A stretch of 59,686 nucleotides of DNA, the filler included. It is 6 parts of 6 records of this genome, joined end to end, with 100 filler letters (N's around TTAATTAATTAA, not from the genome) between each part and the next. Parts side by side here need not be neighbours in the genome. Positions count along the whole stretch, not along the records: positions 47,469 to 59,686 come from DRR723986_8288; 5 more parts are not named here. One strand, 5' to 3'. Under the pieces are notes generated by a model that was not told the origin of the DNA, made no database searches, and saw only the letters and a program-made list of their open reading frames with translations. Below, one piece after another: positions 51,174-59,233 of this stretch. The number at the start of each line of letters is the position of its first letter. Position 1 is the first letter of the stretch. The position numbers and the translations under genes were made by a program.

Positions 51174-51668
51174 TCAAGGTTTGCAAGAGATGTGGCCTTG
51201 TACGTTCGCCGCATTTATTGTTGGCTCAGGAAAGGCATACGTAAGATCCATAGATTGCCCACTGCCGAAGTTCAATTTTTGTACACGCTCAAAATTACCT
51301 TCGGAGGTGGAGATTTTTGCAGTAACTGTGATTTCACCTTGCTCCCCATGATTTTTCACAGTCGCATTGTATCTATAACCGAAGTCGCCTTCTCCGTTTA
51401 TCAACAGCACATCCTGAGTGAGCTGATTATTCGACAGCTCGCAAACTGCCTTACTCCCTCCAGAATCTAACAAATTTTCGACTTCAGAAAGAATGAAGGC
51501 AGCTTTCCCACTAAAAATAAGATATACAAACCAAAACGCAATTACCGATTTCCAGAAAACTCCCGTCCAATAATCAGTCGAGTGAGGTTTTTTCACACCA
51601 CAATGGGGACATTTTTCAGCTTTATTAGAAACCTCTTCACCACACTCTCTGCATTTAACAATCGCCAT
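51174..51668 (-). CDS. Zinc-ribbon membrane-anchored hypothetical protein (probable integron cassette ORF)
   Basis: MAIVKCRECGEEVSNKAEKCPHCG, one TM helix, extracytoplasmic domain; starts ~30 nt after the R' box of an attC-like site. Confidence 0.8.
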   Translation of the reverse strand: MAIVKCRECGEEVSNKAEKCPHCGVKKPHSTDYWTGVFWKSVIAFWFVYLIFSGKAAFILSEVENLLDSGGSKAVCELSNNQLTQDVLLINGEGDFGYRYNATVKNHGEQGEITVTAKISTSEGNFERVQKLNFGSGQSMDLTYAFPEPTINAANVQGHISCKP

Positions 51669-51699
51669 CGATAAAAATCTCCTTCCTATGATTTATTGG

Positions 51700-51789
51700 A
51701 AATAACGCTCCGCACAGGGGCAGACAAATAAGCGCAGCGTTCTGGCTGTCCCAGCGACCAACGGGAGCCATTGCTGCGGTTTTTTATGC
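51700..51789 (-). mobile_element. Integron attC-like recombination site (R'' box degenerate)
   Basis: Minus strand GCATAAA..CAGCA..GCTCCCGTTGGTCGCTGGGACAGCC...GTCTGCCCCTGTGCGGAGC-GTTATTT: imperfect 90-bp palindrome ending in GTT; TAAC mutated to TAAA. Confidence 0.7.
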
Positions 51790-52018
51790 ACCATCATTGG
51801 GCAATGAATACCAAATCTTCCTACCAAGCCAACCGTCACAAAAGAGATTTGGTGTATGACATGATAAAACGGATTTATTTATCGGCGCTGTATCGCGTTA
51901 TATTTGTATGATTATATTTCATGGCTCAGCAATTCGTGCGTCCAGCACTTGAATAGCTTTGGCATAGCGCAATTCTGTGCGTTCGATCTTGATCATCTCT
52001 CGTCAGTCCGGGTCGACG

Positions 52019-53371
52019 TCACTCTTTAATGATAAGGCTCTCTGCTCTCTTAAGTTTACCTAGTGCAGCATCAAAGACTTGCTCTCCACTTTTGGTATGC
52101 TGCTGGTAGACAGCAATGAGTTGATCGACTTTATTGATGGTGGCATAGGTCAATTGGCTGTTCTGTTGTTTGGCTTGTTTTGCGGCTTCCTCCGCTTTTT
52201 GGAACTCATTTCGAGCTGTATCGAAGTCATTCAGCGCATCACGTCTTAGCTGTTTAATCTTTTCAAAATGTCTTTTAAGCGACTTGAACCCTTTCAACTC
52301 AAACAGTGATTCGTTGATTTTTATGAGACTAGCGGCAATCTCGGCCTTCATTCCTGCAGATTGAATACCATTCGACAATAGCCAGTCGTTATCCAACTTG
52401 ACCATTTGCGTCACTGCACCTTGGACTGAGGCATTTTGCTTCGCGACCAACCAACGCTCGTAAGTCTTATCACGTAGGAGTTTGACGCCGCCATTGTCGA
52501 ATACTTGGAAGTTCAGCTTATCAGGATTGATCCGCTCATCGGCGATACGCCCGATCTTCGGTCTGAACTTGAACACCAGAAGCTGTTTGGCACCCTCTAG
52601 AACTTGAGGATAATTGGGGAATTGAGGGCAGATTTGACGGATTTCGGGAATGATTTTTTCTTGCAAATAAGCGGCGGGGTGTGAGTTGAGAACCTCCTTT
52701 TTGACCGCCTCGTTATCATATTCCGCAATGACGCTGACGTAGGAATGCTGGCACCATTTGGGTCCGGGCTGACTAAACCATGAAATAAACTTTAGGCCTT
52801 CGCTCTGATGCAACACATAGTCATTGATCTCGCTGCGAATAAGCTGTTCTTCAACTTCGGCGGCGCTCCGCGGGTCGAGGGCTGCCAATTGCCTGGAATT
52901 AAGGTGGTATTGCGCATCAAGGGGGCGGTGACCGGTTACTTCAGCCCCTGCTTTACTGACTTTTACCGTGATGCTATCCCAAGGTGGGGGCTTGTTGCTT
53001 TTGAGGGCGGAGACAAGTCCACTCGGGGCCATATTGCTCGGCTTGCGGTACATGGCCAGAGTGATGTAATCGATCTCGGCTTCGGCACCACAAACACGCT
53101 GAATTGAGGGGAGAATGGCATCATACACCCACTGTTGCAGAGGCTTGCCAAGCGCTGCCATTCGTTGTTCGTGAGGAGCGGAATAAAAAACACTGACCGG
53201 GATGGCGCGACCGGGAAGGTTGTGATCTTCACACCAACGCTGGTTTGATGACCATGGAAACGAGAGGACCCAAAGCCCGTCTTGCTGATAAATCACCTTG
53301 TCGTCGTTTTGAGCGATTGCTGGCAGAGCAATCAGGAAACCCAGACCGACAGTTATCGCTCTTAAAATCAT
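52019..53371 (-). CDS. Secreted hypothetical protein with two tandem Cys-containing repeats and a coiled-coil tail
   Basis: Signal peptide ..ALPAIA; repeats VIYQQDGL..RWC..ILPSIQRVC and VLHQSEGL..KWC..IIPEIRQIC. Confidence 0.7.
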   Translation of the reverse strand: MILRAITVGLGFLIALPAIAQNDDKVIYQQDGLWVLSFPWSSNQRWCEDHNLPGRAIPVSVFYSAPHEQRMAALGKPLQQWVYDAILPSIQRVCGAEAEIDYITLAMYRKPSNMAPSGLVSALKSNKPPPWDSITVKVSKAGAEVTGHRPLDAQYHLNSRQLAALDPRSAAEVEEQLIRSEINDYVLHQSEGLKFISWFSQPGPKWCQHSYVSVIAEYDNEAVKKEVLNSHPAAYLQEKIIPEIRQICPQFPNYPQVLEGAKQLLVFKFRPKIGRIADERINPDKLNFQVFDNGGVKLLRDKTYERWLVAKQNASVQGAVTQMVKLDNDWLLSNGIQSAGMKAEIAASLIKINESLFELKGFKSLKRHFEKIKQLRRDALNDFDTARNEFQKAEEAAKQAKQQNSQLTYATINKVDQLIAVYQQHTKSGEQVFDAALGKLKRAESLIIKE

Positions 53372-53479
53372 ATTAACCCTCGGTAGCCTAAAATAATCAT
53401 GACATTGACTAGGCAGCGCGCTTCGTTATTGTGATCATTTGACAGCATCGTTACTGTTATAACAAAGCACCAACCATTC

Positions 53480-53620
53480 TTCGCCAAGACCGCCTTCCCA
53501 TGCTTAACGTGATTTCTGAACTTAGCCATCAGCCGCCCGGATTCAATGGCTTCGATCATCTGCTGAACTTCCACAGCAACCAACCGCTGCTCGGTTTGGG
53601 CCTTGATAAAGTGAAGAGCG
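53480..53620 (-). pseudogene. Possible fragment of a NERD-domain protein (C-terminal region)
   Basis: HFIKAQTEQRLVAVEVQQMIEAIESGRL..FRNHVKH resembles, from memory, the segment following NERD domains. Confidence 0.4.
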
Positions 53621-53777
53621 GTATCAGGTACCAGATATAATCGGAGAGGGGCGGTAACGCCGGGGCGTAGTCCATCTGTCATCCTTAACAGCGCCGTTTA
53701 TCAGTTTCTTAAAACTACACACTAGTCTAATACATGGGAAACTTCCCACTCGGGAGACGAATAATTTAGTAAACCAC

Positions 53778-53813
53778 ATAAAACAAAAGCCGCCCGGTTT
53801 CCCGAGCGGCTTT
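53778..53813 (-). terminator. Intrinsic terminator
   Basis: Minus strand AAAGCCGCTCGG-GAAA-CCGGGCGGCTTTTGTTTT. Confidence 0.75.
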
Positions 53814-53846
53814 CTCGCCTGCTCTCTGGTCGTCTCGACGTGCGTA

Positions 53847-53930
53847 TCAGGCAGCTGCCAGGTACGCCCCTGCAAGCGCCAGCACACAGCCAACCCCACG
53901 ACTGAACCGGCTATCCGCCTTCAGCAAGCA
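53847..53930 (-). pseudogene. 3' remnant of a membrane-protein gene (LysE-like C-terminal helix)
   Basis: ..RFSRGVGCVLALAGAYLAAA* followed by a terminator; nothing upstream except motif copy E. Confidence 0.5.
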
Positions 53931-53939
53931 TCAAAACCG

Positions 53940-54025
53940 AAACCGAAACAGACCTATCTATTAGATGCATCCACAACGCATGTTGCTAACGGTCGGTTTT
54001 CAAAATAAATCTGTCCTGGTTTTTT
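53940..54025. repeat. Second inverted doublet of the boundary motif (copies E- and F+)
   Basis: 53940-53962 reverse complement AATAGATAGGTCTGTTTCGGTTT; 54002-54025 AAAATAAATCTGTCCTGGTTTTTT. Confidence 0.7.
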
Positions 54026-54030
54026 CTCCA

Positions 54031-54522
54031 TTAACCTCGAAACCCAGTTCGCTGAGTTGGTCCAGCATGGACCGGCAGTTCGATAATTTCACCAACCACA
54101 CCGCCTTCACTCACCTGCAACCGCCCTACCGTGATCGGCAGCGTAAAACGCCGGGGCCCGGCACCGCCCGGATTGAAATAAAGAACATCGCCAATCCATT
54201 CATTGCGGGGTTTGTGGGAATGGCCGGCAATCACCACGCGGTAACGGCCTTGCGGATCGAACTCGAGGGTTTTGACATCGTGGAGCATGTAGAAGGCGTG
54301 GCCGAGAAATTCCAGATCCTGAACATCAGGGAGCGTCGCTGCACGGCCTGCTGTATCGATATTGCCGCGGATAGCAACCAGGGAAGCGATGGCCTCCAGT
54401 GCTTCCAGAACCTCATCCCGCCCCACATCACCGGCATGCAAGATCAGATCCGAGCCCTCCAGAGCCTCCAGGGCTTCGGGACGCATTTTGCTGTGGGTGT
54501 CTGCGATTACCCCGATTTGCAT
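54031..54522 (-). CDS. YfcE/MJ0936-family metallophosphoesterase
   Basis: IADTH, HAGD, RGNID, GHSH, NPG motifs. Confidence 0.9.
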   Translation of the reverse strand: MQIGVIADTHSKMRPEALEALEGSDLILHAGDVGRDEVLEALEAIASLVAIRGNIDTAGRAATLPDVQDLEFLGHAFYMLHDVKTLEFDPQGRYRVVIAGHSHKPRNEWIGDVLYFNPGGAGPRRFTLPITVGRLQVSEGGVVGEIIELPVHAGPTQRTGFRG

Positions 54523-54669
54523 GTTTACGCCTCGTTCAGTCTCTCAGTCGACCTACCTGGCCCGTTCGTGTGGCCAGGCAGATAAGCGTTGCTATAGTGA
54601 AACAACCCCGCCTCACGCCCATAGTGGCGAGATCCAGTGCAGACGTACAACCCATGGCAGGAGTTTCCC

Positions 54670-55096
54670 ATGCCCACATACACCGTCCCGGTCGCGAACC
54701 TGTCTCTGACGCCGCAGCAGAAATCACAGATCGCGGAGGCCATCACAGCGGCCCACAGCGCTCAAACCGCCGCTCCCCGGTTCTTTCTTTGCCCAGGTTG
54801 TGTTTTCTGCGGCCAACGAGGGCGATCACTTTATGGGTGGCAGAGCGAATATCGCACCTCAGGTGTATGTGCACGGCCTGGTGCTGGAGGGCAGAAGCAC
54901 TGAGATCAAACAGGCCCTGATGAGCCAGATGCTTGAACAAATCGCCCAAATAGTGGACGTCACAGCTGAAGATGTCTGGATTTATCTGCAGGACATTCAG
55001 GCCACCCAGATGGTCGAGTTTGGGCGGCTTTTGTCAGCATCGGGCGATGAAGCTTGGTGGGCAAAGGGATTGCCTTCGGCAAATCAAACAACCTAA
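54670..55096 (+). pseudogene. cis-CaaD/Cg10062-like tautomerase, copy 2, frameshifted
   Basis: MPTYTV..AEAITAAH..APRFF / AQVVF..HFMGG..VYVHGL..EGRS..VWIYL..QMVEFGR; apparent 4-nt duplication TTCTTTCTTT at 54781-54790. Confidence 0.8.
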
Positions 55097-55117
55097 ATAA
55101 TAGATCTGTACTAGTTC
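55095..55117 (+). repeat. Boundary motif copy G (degenerate)
   Basis: AAATAATAGATCTGTACTAGTTC directly after tautomerase copy 2, the same position as copy A. Confidence 0.6.
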
Positions 55118-55207
55118 TCAAAGCGGCGGCTGAAAGCAATCCGCCTTATGCTCCTTACTCATGGCAAGGTTGCCATGAAATTCGATATTGTCAAGTCTGT
55201 CACAAGC

Positions 55208-56065
55208 TTATCCTATATTGCGATTTATAACCGCCGCTAACTGATCTAAACGATCATGGTCTTTCATTAATCCAGTATAGAATATAGAAAGCCAATTATT
55301 TGGCGTATCATGGTCCTTATCCATATAATTTCTGTATTTCTCAAGAACAACTTTCAAATCAGCACCTTTGAAATCTTGCACGGACAACGGGAGAAGCAAA
55401 CCCAGCTTATCATGAGGACGCTGACTTAAATCACTCCAATATTTTTCAAACCAACCTTGAGTTGCTTCGTTTTGAATTACTTCTTCAAGATGAAACTTTA
55501 AAATATCAATATTAGGATGCTTTTTATCTATAACTTCTATAGAAATGCTAGGTGCATAAAACTCTCCTTTAAACACAGATTGATACAATCGGTCTGTCAG
55601 AAAATCATCATAATATGGATGAATTACTCTTGCAGGAGATGCTGCGCCTTTAACAACAGTCCCCCTTAACGAATTACAATTACAAGCTGGAACAAGATTT
55701 TTTGAAAAAAATGAGTACTCTGGGTAGTCATCTTTGGGAAGATAGTGATCTAAAGTACCATTACCGAACCCCCCACACATTGGGCAAAGGGTCGGTGATA
55801 AACTTCGACGATACTCTTTTATAAATTGCAAGCGACCTTTCGGAGGAGAGCGATAGTGAGTTCTTAACGCCTTCTTAAGATCGCCACTAATCGGCAATGG
55901 AACTATATTCCAAGGGTTTCCTCCGCTTTTATTATATAAATTGTATTGACTATGAAACTGGACATATTCATCTATCAAGCTTGGATAGCTCCCCAGACCT
56001 TCATTATTAGCTATAAGCTGTAGCTCTTTAATATCGTCAACAGCAGGAGGATCAATTCTCTTCAT
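55208..56065 (-). CDS. HNH endonuclease (PtuB-like)
   Basis: CPMCG..TLDHYLPK..YPE..NLVPAC.CN, IHPYYD; overlaps the ATPase stop by 14 nt. Confidence 0.85.
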   Translation of the reverse strand: MKRIDPPAVDDIKELQLIANNEGLGSYPSLIDEYVQFHSQYNLYNKSGGNPWNIVPLPISGDLKKALRTHYRSPPKGRLQFIKEYRRSLSPTLCPMCGGFGNGTLDHYLPKDDYPEYSFFSKNLVPACNCNSLRGTVVKGAASPARVIHPYYDDFLTDRLYQSVFKGEFYAPSISIEVIDKKHPNIDILKFHLEEVIQNEATQGWFEKYWSDLSQRPHDKLGLLLPLSVQDFKGADLKVVLEKYRNYMDKDHDTPNNWLSIFYTGLMKDHDRLDQLAAVINRNIG

Positions 56066-57737
56066 TATCTTCCTCCACGTTCAGCTTCCTTCGCAAGTAC
56101 ATCAAGACATCCGCGGACAGCTCTGCTTCTAGCTCTCTTAACAATGAATCTCTAGCTTCAGGATTTTGTGGAAATCGATCTAGTATATCTTCAACTAACC
56201 CATTAGTAATTTCATCCTCAAAAACAAAATAAGAGATGGCTCCAACATCTGCACCAAATGTTTTAAGCCTAGGGTTTTGGATACTTACGCGACCATCGCC
56301 GTCGCCTTTAAATACCAGAACTTGGGTTCTGGGGACCTCTCGAACGAAATACGCAGAGTGTGTGGCAATAACAGCAACAGAGCCAGTGGATTTTAGTAAT
56401 CGATCAAGGATTCGGACAAACTCTGATATAAAGTTTGGGTGAAGGTGTGTTTCCGGTTCATCTAGTAGAACGAGGGTTCCATTTTCAACGAACAAACATG
56501 CTTGAACAACAAACTGAATAAATGACAATTGTCCACTGCTGAGAGGAAAAATTTCACCTTCTATGTAAATCGATGGGTTAGCATTGCTTACGACAGCACC
56601 TTGTACTTCTAATTTAGCCTGCTCTCCTCCACGGTTTAGCTTCAAAAGCGGCACGTAAAGTTTACCGTTGACTCTTAAAACATGATCAGCCGCAACTGAA
56701 ATATCCTTTCTCAAAGGTATGACGACATTCCTAACATTAGAAAAAAATTGTATACTATCTTCAAACAATTTCCAGCGGTCGTTATTGCCAATAAGTTCCT
56801 CAGACCGAGCAAGCTGAACGCAGAGATCACAGAACCCCCTTGAGGCCTTTACACTCGCACTCCTATTGAGCATTAATCGTCGATACTTAATTCTTTTGTT
56901 CTTGCGCTCAGGCGGGAAAGTATTGACTGTTTCCCCCGGCGTAGCAATGGCAAGCAAGCGGCTCACCATGGGCCTACCGTAGTTAGGATCAGAAAAACGC
57001 TGATCTCCTTTAACCAAAGACTTCGCTATTGTGTGGAGAGCTTGGCTTTTACCTAGACCATTTCGTCCAATTAGCACACTGATTCTTTTCGGTAGGATAC
57101 TCTTAGTATCAAACCTCAAATTTAGATTGTGATTTTCTGGGAACCCTGCAAGATCATATGAAAGCTTAAGCTCAGTAGAAATTCTAGAAAAGCTTTCTCC
57201 CTCCAAACCATCAAGAAGTGTATCTGCATTATGGAACGCGAAAAAACGATCAGAGTCTCTCATGAAAGCTAAACTAAATACTTCCGTTTTTACTGCAGCA
57301 TCGACGAGTTTAGCTCGTTTTGGAAAGCGCCGACAGGCAACCAAATCGTTTAAAGCTAGGAGAAGACTGTTTGCCTCTTCAGTTCCATGTTCATTTACAA
57401 AGTATCTATAATTCTTCATTCCTCCCTGTAGTGTAAAAAAATCAGGTAATTCGCTCGCCTCGAGCAACTCGACTTGATTTGATACCTGACCACTATCATC
57501 GACATTTTCATTACCTGACGTGAACCCGAGAAATACGCGGCCTTCTATTTCCCTTCGTCCGCCTCCAAAATAAATAAGATATCGGTAGCTACACCTATAT
57601 CTAAAATCATTCCAGCTATCATTCACTGGCGAAAAAATTATCGCTGGACACTTAACATCTGGAAACCTTATAGCATTCCCGCAAAAGTAGATATTAAAAT
57701 CAGCCCCAACACTTCTGTCTATTCGACCGTCTTCCAT
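56052..57737 (-). CDS. ABC-type (AAA_21-like) ATPase (PtuA-like)
   Basis: Walker A GRNGLGKS, signature LSSGQ, Walker B LVLLDEPETHLHP, H-loop IATHS; ~210-aa N-terminal domain with DSWNDF. Confidence 0.88.
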   Translation of the reverse strand: MEDGRIDRSVGADFNIYFCGNAIRFPDVKCPAIIFSPVNDSWNDFRYRCSYRYLIYFGGGRREIEGRVFLGFTSGNENVDDSGQVSNQVELLEASELPDFFTLQGGMKNYRYFVNEHGTEEANSLLLALNDLVACRRFPKRAKLVDAAVKTEVFSLAFMRDSDRFFAFHNADTLLDGLEGESFSRISTELKLSYDLAGFPENHNLNLRFDTKSILPKRISVLIGRNGLGKSQALHTIAKSLVKGDQRFSDPNYGRPMVSRLLAIATPGETVNTFPPERKNKRIKYRRLMLNRSASVKASRGFCDLCVQLARSEELIGNNDRWKLFEDSIQFFSNVRNVVIPLRKDISVAADHVLRVNGKLYVPLLKLNRGGEQAKLEVQGAVVSNANPSIYIEGEIFPLSSGQLSFIQFVVQACLFVENGTLVLLDEPETHLHPNFISEFVRILDRLLKSTGSVAVIATHSAYFVREVPRTQVLVFKGDGDGRVSIQNPRLKTFGADVGAISYFVFEDEITNGLVEDILDRFPQNPEARDSLLRELEAELSADVLMYLRRKLNVEEDNEEN

Positions 57738-57896
57738 TCAAACAATTCCAATATTACCTTAATATTTTTAATAATAATTACCAACGCCCATATATCAATG
57801 AGGCCGAATAATTTGCTTTCTTCATAGATACGCTTGCCAGTCCTTTATAAATCAATCAAAATCTAAACTCAAAGATATCATTGACAGCGCCGAGGG

Positions 57897-57955
57897 TATT
57901 AACGACCGTGTAATAGGCGCGAGTTTTCAAGCGCTCCAATTAACCCATTTTATAT
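57897..57955 (-). mobile_element. Degenerate short attC-like site
   Basis: Minus strand ATATAAA..TAATTGGAGCGC..GCGCCTATTA..GTTAATA, starting 5 nt after the HEPN gene stop. Confidence 0.4.
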
Positions 57956-57960
57956 AAATT

Positions 57961-58551
57961 TTAAGACATCGTTCGAAACCAATCTTTAACGGTCAGATGG
58001 AGACGGTCCACTTCATCTTCCGTGATAGGGCAACAATGAGCTATAGGACCACGCAGCAAATTCAGACTTCCCATTACCCTCTCGACAGCTCTGCGGCTGT
58101 TAAATATTGTTCCAAATATATCCCAGTTCCCAGTGATAATTACGGACAGCTCGCCGAAAGTTGTATAGTCAATTTCGTTGTCTGATCGCCGGCTAATCCC
58201 ACTATCTACTTCTTTCTGAGCGCGATTTTTGACATCGTCTCTAATTCTTTGTGCAATTCTCTCAGAGCTCCACCAGTTTGAGCCTTCCGCGTCAAATAGA
58301 ACATCGACAAGTAATTTTCTGATAGATGTTTCTAGACAGTAAAACAGCTCATAGTGCTGCGACATATTTGCTGCTTCAGCACGAACTGCCTGCTCAAATT
58401 GAGGGTAAAAACGAGCTTCGTCGACAGTTGACTCTCGGGCGTGGTGTCCGAGTTCGATATTATATTCGTTCTCGATATTCCGTATCTCATCTGAAATCAG
58501 ACAACCAGTCATTCCGAACGCCCTGATATGATTGACGGCCTTCTTATTCAT
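57961..58551 (-). CDS. Swt1-like HEPN domain protein (putative RNase)
   Basis: FYCLETSIR, NWW, DYTTFGEL..II..NWDIF, RGPIAH (RxxxxH); ATG 58551 overlaps the upstream stop (ATGAATAA). Confidence 0.82.
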   Translation of the reverse strand: MNKKAVNHIRAFGMTGCLISDEIRNIENEYNIELGHHARESTVDEARFYPQFEQAVRAEAANMSQHYELFYCLETSIRKLLVDVLFDAEGSNWWSSERIAQRIRDDVKNRAQKEVDSGISRRSDNEIDYTTFGELSVIITGNWDIFGTIFNSRRAVERVMGSLNLLRGPIAHCCPITEDEVDRLHLTVKDWFRTMS

Positions 58552-59194
58552 TACTATCACTCAGCAGATTCTCTTTGAGACTCTTGAAAATTGCATTGAA
58601 AACAGCAATATCTGAGGTCGCAGGAAGGTTTAGATTTATCGTATAACCAAGGTTCAAACCAATGCCTTGGTTATTGGAGGGAGGCAGCTGAACTTGGTAG
58701 CTTGCCGCTGGCTGACCATTCTGCGATTCTAAGTCGTTCATCTGTACAGCTTCTTCACTCGTCTCTGAAGCTGAGAAGTCAGCAAAGGATTTTATGTTTT
58801 TTATGCAGCTCGCTGTATAAGTGACAGTTGAGGAGTCATGTTCTTGACCCGTCACCTCAATAATCAATCCTTTGAGTTTTGCTTCGCTCAACTCATGAAC
58901 ATACTCGTTTCGTCGATAGAGCTCTGCGTAACCGTGCTTAAGCATTGCTGCAGCCGCTTCACCGCGTGTGGCTGGGTTTCTGAATTTTCGGTAGATTGCC
59001 GTTGGTGTCCCGTCGGCGCCAGCCATACCTACTTTCTTCAGATATGCCGCCATTTGATTCCCGGAACCACTAGGAATCTTCAAGATCTCCTTGACGAAGT
59101 CCTGGCTAATTCGATCAGGTGTTGCGGCCTTAGCAATTCCATTTAGTGCTTTTGTCACGTTTCCTGGGGCAGTCACATAAGGCAGGTTAGCCAC
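58544..59194 (-). CDS. DUF5343-like protein
   Basis: LPY..PG....L..I..AATP..ISQDF, GTPT..Y..FR, GYAELY.RNEY.H, C-terminal YTINLNLPATSDIAVFNAIFKSLKENL. Confidence 0.75.
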   Translation of the reverse strand: MANLPYVTAPGNVTKALNGIAKAATPDRISQDFVKEILKIPSGSGNQMAAYLKKVGMAGADGTPTAIYRKFRNPATRGEAAAAMLKHGYAELYRRNEYVHELSEAKLKGLIIEVTGQEHDSSTVTYTASCIKNIKSFADFSASETSEEAVQMNDLESQNGQPAASYQVQLPPSNNQGIGLNLGYTINLNLPATSDIAVFNAIFKSLKENLLSDSNE

Positions 59195-59233
59195 TATTCA
59201 TTTCTCCTTTTCATTGTCCTACATGATAGGAAG

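Noticed and set aside
53791-53803. CCCGGTTTCCC resembling the 3' half of the boundary motif
   Set aside because: It is the top of a terminator hairpin and lacks the AATA..TCTGT half, so it was not counted as a copy.
48695-55117. CRISPR interpretation of the repeated motif (and of the 32-bp repeat at 18619-18724)
   Set aside because: Copies are degenerate, in both orientations and mostly separated by hundreds to thousands of bp containing genes; no cas genes seen.
57778-57860. TTACCAACGCCCATATATCA.. upstream of the ATPase, resembling another att-type R box
   Set aside because: I could not find a complementary arm or paired structure; too weak to call.
55208-57960. Retron (type I-A) interpretation of the ATPase-HNH pair
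   Set aside because: No reverse transcriptase ORF (no YADD-type motif) nearby and no convincing msr-msd inverted repeats in 57738-57960.
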